A stretch of DNA of 64,000 bases from an uncultured Candidatus Saccharibacteria bacterium. GTDB lineage: Bacteria; Patescibacteriota; Saccharimonadia; Saccharimonadales; JALRHH01. The position numbers and the translations under genes were made by a program. The stretch spans positions 18,123 through 82,122 of the forward strand of contig CAYYUY010000001.1 in NCBI GenBank assembly GCA_964474995.1. The letters are read 5' to 3'. Positions 18,044 through 26,487 of the stretch are shown here, piece after piece. Position 1 is the first letter of the stretch; the number at the start of each line of letters is the position of its first letter. The notes beneath the pieces were generated by a model. It searched no databases. It worked only from the letters and a program-made list of their open reading frames with translations, and had not been told where the DNA came from.

Positions 18044-18835
18044 TTATCCGAGATCCCGCTGTCGGAAGCTTAGCCATGCAAGCGTTACGCATGCTGCTGT
18101 AAAGACCCCAAAAAATATAATCGAAGACCATTTAAATGTACCTCGTAGAATGTCGGCCGATTGGTAATAGTGGTATGGAAAAATCATACTGGGCTTCTCG
18201 AGCCAATGTACAGTACTGGCAAGTGAGCCAATAATGTAGCCCCCCAATGCATAGACTGCCGTAACACCAAGAGCTGCAATCCTGGCTCGGCCAGTGGCTG
18301 CCAGCAAGAAGGCGGCGGCGCTAAAGGTGAGTACAAGCATAAAGCAGGCAAGACATGCAGCCGCAATGTATATGAGCGGAATACCAATGTTCAAGAAACT
18401 TGCCATGCCAATAATGACGACAGATCCAACAAGTGTTACTGAAAATAGTATAAATGCTCCAGCTGAGGCTTTTGCCAAAAGAAGTCGAGAACGTGATATG
18501 GGTCTGGAAAGCAGCGATTCAATGGTTCCATCAGCCTCTTCACGACCAATAAGGCTACTACCCAGGCCAACACCCAAAATTATCAAAAGTAGAGGGAGCA
18601 TTAGATAAATCAATTGGCTATTTAAATACCCCACCGGCGAAAAGAAATCGGTGCCGCCAAATAGTGCCAACGTACTACTATTTAAGCTACCAAAACTCTT
18701 GTTTAGTTCAGTAGCCTGATTATGAATAGTCGGATAAAAAGATAAGGTTAGCGCCACTAGGCTGACAATACCTACGCTCCACCACAACATGCTCCACCGA
18801 CGTTGCCATAATGTCCATTTGAAAACACTAAACAT
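18044..18835 (-). CDS. ABC-2 family transporter permease
   Basis: Six hydrophobic segments. 8-nt overlap with the upstream ATPase gene. Confidence 0.7.
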   Translation of the reverse strand: MFSVFKWTLWQRRWSMLWWSVGIVSLVALTLSFYPTIHNQATELNKSFGSLNSSTLALFGGTDFFSPVGYLNSQLIYLMLPLLLIILGVGLGSSLIGREEADGTIESLLSRPISRSRLLLAKASAGAFILFSVTLVGSVVIIGMASFLNIGIPLIYIAAACLACFMLVLTFSAAAFLLAATGRARIAALGVTAVYALGGYIIGSLASTVHWLEKPSMIFPYHYYQSADILRGTFKWSSIIFFGVFTAACVTLAWLSFRQRDLG

Positions 18836-19739
18836 GTTTGTCTCCTTGCGGCTGGTAGTAGTGCATAAAGGCTTCTTCTAGATCAAGTGTCCGTGTATCA
18901 ATATCGGTCACCGTGTGCTGAGCAAGCAGGGCAAATAAAGGAGTGAGTTCGCCGCGAACGTGGAGCGTGACGCTATGAGGGTTGTTTTCTATCACATTCT
19001 GGACGCTAGAAAGCTGCTTCAATTTGCCAAGCGGTGTGTTCTCTTTAAACGTTAAATCAAATGTTTGGGCGGCTTCTTCGGCCATCTCGGCAATGTTTCG
19101 TTCGGCTATTAGCGTACCGTCCCGAATAATCCCAACCCGATCGCAAACTTTTTGAACTTCTCCCAAAACATGACTGCTCGTAAAAACAGCAGCGCCTCGA
19201 GCCTTTGATTCATTAATAAGCTCATAAAATACTTCTTGCATCAACGGATCCAGGCCGCTGCTTGGTTCGTCTAAAATCAGCAGCTTTGGCTGGTGCATAA
19301 AAGCTTGAATGATTGAAATTTTCTGTCTGTTGCCGCGTGAAAGCGATCCGAGCGGTTTATCGAGTGTTGCTTGCAGGCGTTTTGCGAGCTCGTGTTTGTA
19401 AGCCTTAGTGGCCGGTGGCTGTAACTCACCTAAATATTCTAAAAACTGATGCCCAGTCATTTTAGAATAAACTGCCCCATCACCAGCGAGGTAGCCAATC
19501 TCTCGTTTAATCTTTACGGAATCTTTAACGATGTCGAGTCCTAATATTGTGGCACTACCACGCGTGGGCTGAATAAAATTCATCAGTGTTTTGATTGTTG
19601 TAGACTTGCCTGCACCGTTTGGCCCTAAGAAACCGTAAACTTCGCCGGGCCCTACCTGCAGTGTCAGATCTTTAAGCGCATAGGTATCTGTGCCTGAATA
19701 TTTTTTAGAAAGGTTAGTAGTAATCAATACACTGTCCAT
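18828..19739 (-). CDS. ABC transporter ATP-binding protein
   Basis: Walker A GPNGAGKST, signature LSRGNRQKISIIQAF, Walker B LLILDEPSSGLD. I moved the start to ATG 19739 (MDSVLITT...) because a TATAGT box lies 7 nt upstream. The track start at 19757 is a TTG. Confidence 0.88.
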   Translation of the reverse strand: MDSVLITTNLSKKYSGTDTYALKDLTLQVGPGEVYGFLGPNGAGKSTTIKTLMNFIQPTRGSATILGLDIVKDSVKIKREIGYLAGDGAVYSKMTGHQFLEYLGELQPPATKAYKHELAKRLQATLDKPLGSLSRGNRQKISIIQAFMHQPKLLILDEPSSGLDPLMQEVFYELINESKARGAAVFTSSHVLGEVQKVCDRVGIIRDGTLIAERNIAEMAEEAAQTFDLTFKENTPLGKLKQLSSVQNVIENNPHSVTLHVRGELTPLFALLAQHTVTDIDTRTLDLEEAFMHYYQPQGDKHV

Positions 19740-19746
19740 AGACAGT

Positions 19747-19752
19747 ACTATA
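19747..19752 (-). promoter_or_regulatory. -10 box TATAGT, 7 nt upstream of ATG 19739
   Basis: The minus strand reads TTGCGG-(17 nt)-TATAGT-ACTGTCT-ATG. A TTGCGG -35-like hexamer sits at canonical spacing. Confidence 0.55.
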
Positions 19753-19817
19753 GGCAAAGATATTCAGTCCCGCAAGTAACCACTTATGCTCCTCATTTAT
19801 TGCACATAATATATGCC

Positions 19818-19845
19818 CAAACAAAAAGCCGGTCTTTCGACCGAC
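19818..19845 (-). terminator. Rho-independent terminator after tRNA-Gln
   Basis: The minus strand reads GUCGGUC-GAAA-GACCGGC (7-bp stem, GNRA loop) followed by UUUUUGUUU. It begins 9 nt after the tRNA 3' end. Confidence 0.65.
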
Positions 19846-19853
19846 TCTTAGCT

Positions 19854-19928
19854 TGGCTGGGATGGAGGGATTCGAACCCCCGAATGCTGGTACCAGAAAC
19901 CAGTGCCTTACCACTTGGCGACATCCCA
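19854..19928 (-). tRNA. tRNA-Gln (anticodon CUG), CCA encoded
   Basis: I folded the 75-nt sequence by hand. Acceptor TGGGATG/CATCCCA (U1:A72, typical of bacterial tRNA-Gln). D arm GCC/GGC. Anticodon stem CTGGT/ACCAG with loop TTCTGGT. T arm GGGGG/CCCTC with loop TTCGAAT. Ends GCCA. Confidence 0.92.
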
Positions 19929-20170
19929 CTATATAAACGTTAAGTGCAGTTTAACGTCATTGCTGGACGTTTCTGATACCAGGCTGATACCACATATGAT
20001 CTTGTTGTCACAGGTGACAACTGGCAGTGCCTCATAACTGAGCAACGTCCCACTAGACATATAACGTGCGGTTAATCTTACGAGTAGACCAGGCGATTAT
20101 ACTAAAAAATAGCCAGTTCTGCTAGGGCTACGATCTGTTAAAGTCTTAGCCTATTCTCAGCCTGCTGCGG

Positions 20171-20176
20171 TACAAT
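20171..20176 (+). promoter_or_regulatory. -10 box TACAAT, 7 nt upstream of ATG 20184
   Basis: CGGTACAAT-ACTTGTA-ATG, with no SD in the gap. Confidence 0.55.
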
Positions 20177-20183
20177 ACTTGTA

Positions 20184-21116
20184 ATGAATCGAGCGAAACT
20201 CGCCCGCATAGTGGGTATACTAGGCACGGCCATATGTATTGGTCTGTTTATTCATGAGCCAAGTTGGCCAACACCAGATAAGTTACTAGTGTTTATGGCC
20301 TTTGTATTTATGAGTTTTGGCCAGGCCATTGAGATGCTCAAACGATTTGTCCCGTTTGTTGGGCTGCTGCTTGTATATGAGTCATTCCGCGGAATCGCTG
20401 ACACGCTCAATACTAGAGTGCATTTCACGATGATGGCGGATTTCGACAAATGGATGTTCGGTGGTGCCTTGCCAACGGCCACTTTGCAGCACTGGCTGTG
20501 GCACGGCCATGTACAGTGGTATGATTTTGCATTTTATATCGCATACATGTTGCACTTTGTATTGCCCATATCGCTGGCGATTGTCATCTGGAAGAAGCGG
20601 GAATCACAGTATTGGCGCTACGTCTCGGCATATGTATTTGCATCATTTGTTGGCTTTCTGACATACATCCTCTACCCAGCAGCACCACCATGGATGGCAT
20701 CAAATATGAATATAATCGAGCCAATAACTCGAGTATCAAGTTCGGTATGGGCAGCGCTTGGCATCCACGACTTCCCATCACTCTATAATGATATTTCACC
20801 AAACGCAGTCGCGGCAGTACCATCGCTACACGCAGCATATGCCACGATGTTCGCGTTGTTTGCGATCACACTATTCAAATCTCGCTGGCGTTACCTGGCA
20901 CTACTTCAACCGTTCCTTATATATGTGGGTACCGTGTACCAGGGCGAGCATTACGTGTTTGATGAGCTCGTCGGCGCACTACTCGGGGTGGTGGCGTACC
21001 TTATCTCACCATACATTGTTCGAGGCATACGACATACGTACCGCAAGGTGCGAACTCATGCCCATCAGACACACAAAAAGGTGAAGTTAAAAGCTGCCAA
21101 GAAGGCTGTGCTATAA
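20184..21116 (+). CDS. PAP2-superfamily membrane protein (Aur1/inositolphosphotransferase-like PAP2_C)
   Basis: Polytopic membrane protein with PSLHAAY and GEHYVFDELVG (C2 and C3 phosphatase motifs). Confidence 0.72.
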   Translation: MNRAKLARIVGILGTAICIGLFIHEPSWPTPDKLLVFMAFVFMSFGQAIEMLKRFVPFVGLLLVYESFRGIADTLNTRVHFTMMADFDKWMFGGALPTATLQHWLWHGHVQWYDFAFYIAYMLHFVLPISLAIVIWKKRESQYWRYVSAYVFASFVGFLTYILYPAAPPWMASNMNIIEPITRVSSSVWAALGIHDFPSLYNDISPNAVAAVPSLHAAYATMFALFAITLFKSRWRYLALLQPFLIYVGTVYQGEHYVFDELVGALLGVVAYLISPYIVRGIRHTYRKVRTHAHQTHKKVKLKAAKKAVL

Positions 21117-21117
21117 T
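21109..21117 (+). promoter_or_regulatory. Extended -10 promoter TGCTATAAT for the riboswitch-metK transcript
   Basis: Perfect TGnTATAAT overlapping the stop codon of the upstream PAP2 gene. Confidence 0.55.
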
Positions 21118-21139
21118 TGAAGTTACGTTACTAAACGTA

Positions 21140-21293
21140 AAAGTATAAAGAGTGCAGCGAGAGAACTAGCTCGATGACCTGCCGGCAACCTACAGATTAA
21201 CTGCAAGGTGCTACGTCTAGCCCGCATAGCCGGGAAAGATATGAGTCACGTATGTCTCCATCCTTTCCGTGTGAATGCAGAAAGGATATTTTT
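21140..21293 (+). promoter_or_regulatory. SAM riboswitch candidate (SAM-I clan: SAM-I / SAM-I-IV / SAM-IV like) with terminator expression platform
   Basis: Core motifs appear in the right order upstream of metK. These are AAGAGUGCAGCG (21148-21159), k-turn-like GAUGA (21173-21177), CGGCAACC (21183-21190), AAGGUGCUA (21205-21213) and GAAAGAUAUGAG (21234-21245). Helices GCAG/CUGC, CGAG/CUCG and CCCG/CGGG can be drawn. P1 is weak (about 4 bp), so the subtype is uncertain. Confidence 0.7.
21260..21293 (+). terminator. Intrinsic terminator / SD-sequestering hairpin of the metK leader
   Basis: AUCCUUUC (21260-21267) pairs with GAAAGGAU (21280-21287), followed by AUUUUUA and then AUG at 21294. The 3' arm contains the only SD-like sequence (AAAGGA). 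Confidence 0.72.
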
Positions 21294-22412
21294 ATGTCAA
21301 AAGTTATAACTCATTTTGCGAGCGAATCAGTTTGCGCGGGGCATCCTGATAAGGTCGCTGATCAAATCAGTGACGCAGTTGTGGATGCGGTACTGGCGCA
21401 AGATCCAAATGGCCGCACGGCTGTTGAGACGCTTGTGGCTCATGACCGCGTAGTCGTAGCGGGTGAGATTAATACCACTGCAACAATTGACGTTGAGGCG
21501 ATTGTACGAGCCGAAGTGAAGCGACTTGGCTATACGGATGTGAGCTGGGGGTTTAGCGATAAGTCACCAGTTGATAACCACCTACACCAACAGTCAGCCG
21601 AGATTTCGGTTGGGGTTGATGATTTTGGTGCGGGTGACCAAGGTCTGATGTTTGGTTATGCGACCAATGAAACACCGGAGTATTTACCGCTACCAGTTAC
21701 ACTAGCGCATGCACTTACTAAGGCACTCGATACGGCACGTGAAGATGGAACCTTGCCACACCTACGGCCAGATGGTAAAGCGCAGGTGGTCGTCCGGTAT
21801 GAAGATGATAAGCCCGTAGCTGTTGAGCACGTTACGATTGCGGTACCGCACCACGAAAAGATTAGCTTGGAGCGAGTGCGTACAGATGTGTATGAGCAAA
21901 TCATCACGCCAGTTCTTAAACACTATGGGTACGTAATTGCCGAAAAAGATATCGTAGTCAACGGTACTGGTGTCTGGCACCTGCCTGGCCCATCATCTGA
22001 TGCAGGGCTGACTGGTCGCAAAATTGTGGTTGATGGTTACGGTGGTTATGCGCGAGTTGGCGGTGGTGCCTTTAGTGGCAAAGATCCAAGTAAAGTCGAC
22101 CGTTCAGGTGCGTACGCTGCACGCTATATCGCCAAAAATATTGTGGCTGCCGGACTTGCTACCAAAGCTGAAGTAGCGCTTGCATATTATATTGGTGCCA
22201 AGAAACCGGTTAACTTTACGATTGATACATTTGGCACGCACAAAACGACTGCTGCCAAGATTCAGGCATATGCCGAAGAATTACTTGATACGTCAGTGAA
22301 GGGGATTGTTGAAGGTCTAAGCCTACGTAAGCCAATCTACCTGCAAACTGCCGCTTATGGGCATTTTGGCCGATCTGGTTTGCCATGGGAACAGATCGTA
22401 AAAGCTAACTAA
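21294..22412 (+). CDS. metK: S-adenosylmethionine synthetase
   Basis: ESVCAGHPDKVADQISDAVVDA, GAGDQGLMFGYA and GGGAFSGKDPSKVDRSGAY motifs. I moved the start to 21294 (MSKVITHF) because the track's 21252 start would read through the leader terminator hairpin. Confidence 0.93.
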   Translation: MSKVITHFASESVCAGHPDKVADQISDAVVDAVLAQDPNGRTAVETLVAHDRVVVAGEINTTATIDVEAIVRAEVKRLGYTDVSWGFSDKSPVDNHLHQQSAEISVGVDDFGAGDQGLMFGYATNETPEYLPLPVTLAHALTKALDTAREDGTLPHLRPDGKAQVVVRYEDDKPVAVEHVTIAVPHHEKISLERVRTDVYEQIITPVLKHYGYVIAEKDIVVNGTGVWHLPGPSSDAGLTGRKIVVDGYGGYARVGGGAFSGKDPSKVDRSGAYAARYIAKNIVAAGLATKAEVALAYYIGAKKPVNFTIDTFGTHKTTAAKIQAYAEELLDTSVKGIVEGLSLRKPIYLQTAAYGHFGRSGLPWEQIVKAN

Positions 22413-23587
22413 AACAAATCGAGGTCTTTGAGCTCGTCTGGTAAAAAGCCTTTTTCATGCTTGAAGTCTGCCTCCCACTTATAGCCTTTGCCGTAACCGA
22501 GGTCACCCATGAGCTTGGTCGGTGCGTTTCGAATATGGAGTGGAGGCGCAAGGTTGCTATGAGTCTTTGCAGCCTCGGTCGCACGGCTCATGGCATCGGC
22601 CACTACCCGTGATTTGCTGGCTTTGGCGAGCACCAAGGCACAGTGGAACAGATTGTACTTACACTCTGGCATACCAATCCGTTCGACGGCCATAAAGGTG
22701 CTGACGGCCAGGTTCATGGCAGGAGATGCGGCAATGCCTATATCCTCACTGGCAAATATAACCATACGTCTGGCTATAAATTTGGGATCTTCGCCGGCTT
22801 CGAGCATGCGTGCCAAATAATAGAGTGACGCATTGGCGTCACTCCCACGCAGTGATTTTATGAAGGCGCTAATAATGTTGTAGTGGAAGTCGCCCTTTTT
22901 GTCGTAGTGTGGCATGCGTTTCTGCGCCGCAGTCGTGATTATCTCTGGGGTTACTACGTCTTTGCTGAGCTGCAAAGCAAGCTCGAGGTTGCCGAGGGCC
23001 ACACGGGCGTCACCGCCAGATAACTCTGCTAACAGATCAATACTTTTGGCGGGTAGTCGGGTAGTACTGATCTTTTCTGCCTTTGCGACGTTTTTGATGA
23101 TTTTGATGATGTCGGTTTTTGTGAGAGGTTCTAATACCAATACTCGGCTGCGGCTGAGGAGTGGATTGATGACTTCAAAGCTTGGGTTTTCGGTGGTCGC
23201 GCCAATTAATACGATAGTGCCATCTTCGACATGTGGCAGGAAGGCATCTTGCTGGGCTTTATTGAACCTATGAATTTCATCGACAAATAATATTGTCCGC
23301 ATACCAAGCCGCTGATTTGCTTGAGCCATACCAATAACCTTTACGACATCAGCCTTGCCAGATGTGACAGCGCTGAGTTCCATGAATTCAGCACCCGTTT
23401 CCTTGGCAATAATGCGCGCTAGAGTGGTTTTGCCACTGCCTGGAGGCCCCCACAAAATTAAGCTCGTTGGTTGCTTTTTTGCGACAATCTCGCGAATTAT
23501 TTGTCCAGGTTCGAGTAGATGCTTTTGGCCAATAACATCTTTGAGTGTTTCTGGCCGCATTCGTTCGGCGAGTGGAGTCCCATACAT
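22409..23587 (-). CDS. rarA: Replication-associated recombination protein A (AAA+ ATPase RarA/MgsA)
   Basis: Walker A GPPGSGKTT, Walker B LFVDEIHRFNK and the MgsA C-terminal domain (YDKKGDFHYNIISAFIKSLRGSD). Confidence 0.9.
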   Translation of the reverse strand: MYGTPLAERMRPETLKDVIGQKHLLEPGQIIREIVAKKQPTSLILWGPPGSGKTTLARIIAKETGAEFMELSAVTSGKADVVKVIGMAQANQRLGMRTILFVDEIHRFNKAQQDAFLPHVEDGTIVLIGATTENPSFEVINPLLSRSRVLVLEPLTKTDIIKIIKNVAKAEKISTTRLPAKSIDLLAELSGGDARVALGNLELALQLSKDVVTPEIITTAAQKRMPHYDKKGDFHYNIISAFIKSLRGSDANASLYYLARMLEAGEDPKFIARRMVIFASEDIGIAASPAMNLAVSTFMAVERIGMPECKYNLFHCALVLAKASKSRVVADAMSRATEAAKTHSNLAPPLHIRNAPTKLMGDLGYGKGYKWEADFKHEKGFLPDELKDLDLF

Positions 23588-23594
23588 ATGTAAT

Positions 23595-23600
23595 AGTATA
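23595..23600 (-). promoter_or_regulatory. -10 box TATACT, 7 nt upstream of ATG 23587 (rarA)
   Basis: The minus strand reads GCCGTATACT-ATTACAT-ATG. Confidence 0.55.
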
Positions 23601-23629
23601 CGGCAAATATTGCTAATTCTTATCTGTTA

Positions 23630-23638
23630 TGAGATAAT
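23630..23638 (+). promoter_or_regulatory. Extended -10 TGAGATAAT for the typA leader
   Basis: A TGnGATAAT box 46 nt upstream of the typA ATG. The leader contains a GC hairpin plus a U-run. Confidence 0.45.
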
Positions 23639-23684
23639 CTAACTAAAGGCAGGCGCCGGACAAAGAAGGCGCATTTTTATTTTC

Positions 23685-25502
23685 ATGCAAGATCCAACTA
23701 AAATTCGTAATATTGCTATCATTGCGCACGTCGACCACGGTAAGACGACGCTTGTTGATGGCCTCCTTAAGCAATCTAAGACTTTTCGTGACAACCAAGC
23801 CGAGATGGGCCAAGAGCTCATCATGGACAGTGGTGACCAGGAAAAAGAACGTGGTATCACCATTACTGCCAAAATTACCGCAGTACAACACGATGATTAC
23901 CGTATTAATATTATTGATACCCCAGGCCACGCTGACTTTTCTGGTGAAGTTGAGCGAACGCTCAACCTTGCAGATGGTTGTTTGTTGATTGTTGATGCCC
24001 AGGAAGGCCCAATGCCGCAAACTAAGTTTGTACTTGGTAAGGCACTAGCAGCCGAGCTTCGCCCGATCGTAGTTATCAACAAAATTGACAAGCCTGGTAG
24101 CCGTATCAAGGAAGTCGAAAACGAACTTGCTGATTTGTTTCTCGAGTTAGCTGTTCATGAAGACCAACTCCACTACCCGGTCTACTACGCTATCGGTCGT
24201 GCCGGTAAAGCTTGGGATACTCCACCAGCAGATCCAGAAGTCGATGGTGACTTAGAAGTTATCTTCCAGGCAGTCGTTGACAAAGTCCCAGCCCCAACTG
24301 TTGAGCTCGATAAGCCATTCCAGATGTTGGTAACCGCACTTGGATTCGATACATTTAAGGGCAAGTACGCCATCGGTCGCATTACTCGTGGTAGCGTCAA
24401 GCCTGGTGATCAAGTTGCACTATGCAAAAAAGACGGCACTATCACTAAATCAAAGATCGATAATGTATTTATGAGCCGTGGTGTTAGTAAGTTCGAAGTT
24501 GCTGGTGGTATCGCTGGTGATATTGTGCAACTGACTGGTGTTGCTGATGCACAGATCGGTGAAACGATTGCTGACGTTAACGAGCCAGAAGCACTCCCAA
24601 CTATTGAAGTTGAAGCTCCAACACTTCGTATTTACCTCGGTCCAAACACTTCACCATTCAAGGGCCAAGAAGGCGAATTTAGCACCTCTCGTCAAATCGC
24701 TGAGCGGCTCGAAAAAGAACTTGAAACCAACGTCGGTCTCAAAGTCGAAGAAGATGGTATCGGTTTCACTGTTGCTGGTAAGGGCGAACTGCACCTTGGC
24801 GTTTTAATTGAGACTATGCGCCGTGAAGGTTATGAATTTGAAGTTGGACGTCCACAAGTTGTGACTCACGAAGAAGATGGCAAAACTATGGAACCAATCG
24901 AAGAAGTTCTGATTGAAGTACCTGCAGAGCACGTTGGTGCTGTTCAGATGGAGCTCGGTCAACGCCGTGCAACGTTGAAGGAACAGTTTGCGAGTTCAAA
25001 GGGCGTAACAAAGCTTGTCTACGAAATGCCAACCCGTGCACTCCTCGGTATGCGAAACATCCTGCTGACCAACACCAAGGGTACAATTGTTATGAATTCA
25101 CTGACGATCGGTTACGAAGTTCAAGGTTCTGCTTTGCAGCAGCTTCGTTCGGGCGTCCTCATTAGTTTCAGCACCGGTACCTCAACACCGTACTCATTAC
25201 AGAATGCCGAAGCTCGCGGCACGACATTTATCGGTCCTGCCCAAAAAGTCTACGCTGGTCAGATTATCGGCCTGAACACTCGTTCAGAAGATATGGAAAT
25301 CAATATCTGTCGCCCAAAACAGCTGACAAACATGCGCACCAGTTCATCTGACGGCGTCGTACAGCTAACACCTCCGACGATCTTTAGTCTTGAACAGTGT
25401 CTTGATTTCCTCGAGAATGATGAGCTTCTTGAGGTCACGCCAAAGAACCTACGTCTTCGTAAGCGTGAACTTGATCCGAACAAGCGTAAACGTCAAAAGT
25501 AA
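23685..25502 (+). CDS. typA: Translational GTPase TypA/BipA
   Basis: IRNIAIIAHVDHGKTTLVD, DTPGHADF and NKIDK G-motifs. Length and C-terminal domain are typical of BipA. Confidence 0.93.
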   Translation: MQDPTKIRNIAIIAHVDHGKTTLVDGLLKQSKTFRDNQAEMGQELIMDSGDQEKERGITITAKITAVQHDDYRINIIDTPGHADFSGEVERTLNLADGCLLIVDAQEGPMPQTKFVLGKALAAELRPIVVINKIDKPGSRIKEVENELADLFLELAVHEDQLHYPVYYAIGRAGKAWDTPPADPEVDGDLEVIFQAVVDKVPAPTVELDKPFQMLVTALGFDTFKGKYAIGRITRGSVKPGDQVALCKKDGTITKSKIDNVFMSRGVSKFEVAGGIAGDIVQLTGVADAQIGETIADVNEPEALPTIEVEAPTLRIYLGPNTSPFKGQEGEFSTSRQIAERLEKELETNVGLKVEEDGIGFTVAGKGELHLGVLIETMRREGYEFEVGRPQVVTHEEDGKTMEPIEEVLIEVPAEHVGAVQMELGQRRATLKEQFASSKGVTKLVYEMPTRALLGMRNILLTNTKGTIVMNSLTIGYEVQGSALQQLRSGVLISFSTGTSTPYSLQNAEARGTTFIGPAQKVYAGQIIGLNTRSEDMEINICRPKQLTNMRTSSSDGVVQLTPPTIFSLEQCLDFLENDELLEVTPKNLRLRKRELDPNKRKRQK

Positions 25503-25543
25503 TCTGTCCCCAGCAATGGTCGACAGGGCGGGACCCATCCGGT

Positions 25544-25549
25544 TACAAT
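25544..25549 (+). promoter_or_regulatory. -10 box TACAAT, 6 nt upstream of ATG 25556 (corA)
   Basis: GGTTACAAT-ATCCCT-ATG. Confidence 0.55.
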
Positions 25550-25555
25550 ATCCCT

Positions 25556-26482
25556 ATGTACACGATCTACCACAATACCGCTCGCGCTCGTGAGCTGGCT
25601 AGCCTTGAACGTCCAAGAGCAGGCAGCTGGCTTTCGCTTGTTGCGCCGACAAATGAAGAGCTCATAGAGTTTGCTGAAAAGTACAAGCTCGACGCTGACT
25701 TACTAAATGACGCTACTGACATCTACGAAGCGCCACGTATCGAAACAGACGAAGGCAACGTCTATATCTATGCTCGCTATTGTCACCCGGAAGGTAAAGA
25801 AATTGCTACCGAACCGCTCTTGATCATCTATACGCCAGACTATCTGATTACGATCACTCGTATTGAGAGTGACATCTTCGACCGTATTCTGGCGAACCGC
25901 GTAGAAATTATTACGACCCAAAAAACCAAAGCTTTGATGCAGATTTTATCAGAAGTTAATTTCTCGTATCGCAGTCACCTGAACAAAATATCCAAGCAAA
26001 CACTACGGTTGCGTGCGCAGCTCCGCCAATCCCAAGTTGCCAACCGCGATTTTGTAAGCATGATTGAAGTCGAAGAAGATTTAAATGAGTTTTTGACAGC
26101 ACTGCAACCACAGGCGTCAATGCTTGCGGTGCTCGTTGGTGGCCGTTATCTCCGTCTGTATGAAGAGGACCGCGATATGGTTGAAGACCTTACGCTGAGT
26201 ACAGCAGAGCTCATTGAGCTTACTAAATCACGCCTTCGAGGCCTCGCGAATATCCGTCAAGCTTATGACACGATTGCAACGAACAACTTAAACCAAACCT
26301 TCAAACGGCTGACTTCGATTGCTATCTTTCTGACCATCCCAACAATCGTTGGTGGACTGTGGGGAATGAACGTTGCGGTGCCACTGCATGACTATCGACA
26401 TGCATTCAGCGTTGTTATAGTACTCATCGCAGGCTTGATGGCCGGTGCGGTGTATTTATTCCACCGCAAACACTGGCTCTAG
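25556..26482 (+). CDS. corA: CorA-family magnesium/cobalt transporter
   Basis: Two C-terminal TM helices with the GMN signature (GLWGMNV). Confidence 0.85.
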   Translation: MYTIYHNTARARELASLERPRAGSWLSLVAPTNEELIEFAEKYKLDADLLNDATDIYEAPRIETDEGNVYIYARYCHPEGKEIATEPLLIIYTPDYLITITRIESDIFDRILANRVEIITTQKTKALMQILSEVNFSYRSHLNKISKQTLRLRAQLRQSQVANRDFVSMIEVEEDLNEFLTALQPQASMLAVLVGGRYLRLYEEDRDMVEDLTLSTAELIELTKSRLRGLANIRQAYDTIATNNLNQTFKRLTSIAIFLTIPTIVGGLWGMNVAVPLHDYRHAFSVVIVLIAGLMAGAVYLFHRKHWL

Positions 26483-26487
26483 CAATA

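Noticed and set aside
19931-19959. A TGACGT-17 nt-TTATAT promoter for tRNA-Gln on the minus strand
   Set aside because: The -10 hexamer ends only 2 nt before the mature tRNA 5' end, so the predicted start site would fall inside the tRNA. The real promoter must be elsewhere in the spacer.
19854-20183. tRNA-Gln as an integration hotspot, or a mobile island next to it
   Set aside because: There is no integrase or recombinase, no direct repeat of the tRNA 3' end, and the flanking genes are ordinary ABC and PAP2 genes.
21252-21293. N-terminal extensions offered by the ORF track (metK 21252, ZIP 31650, NUDIX 42282, zwf 11243, tktC 50476, zincin 27492, ABC ATPase 19757, PIG-L 29276, uvrB 56298, FAD oxidase 2789)
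   Set aside because: Each extension adds residues that do not match the family's N-terminus. It also covers a riboswitch, terminator, promoter -10 box or the upstream gene. A downstream ATG with a better context (SD or leaderless-type -10 spacing) exists in every case.
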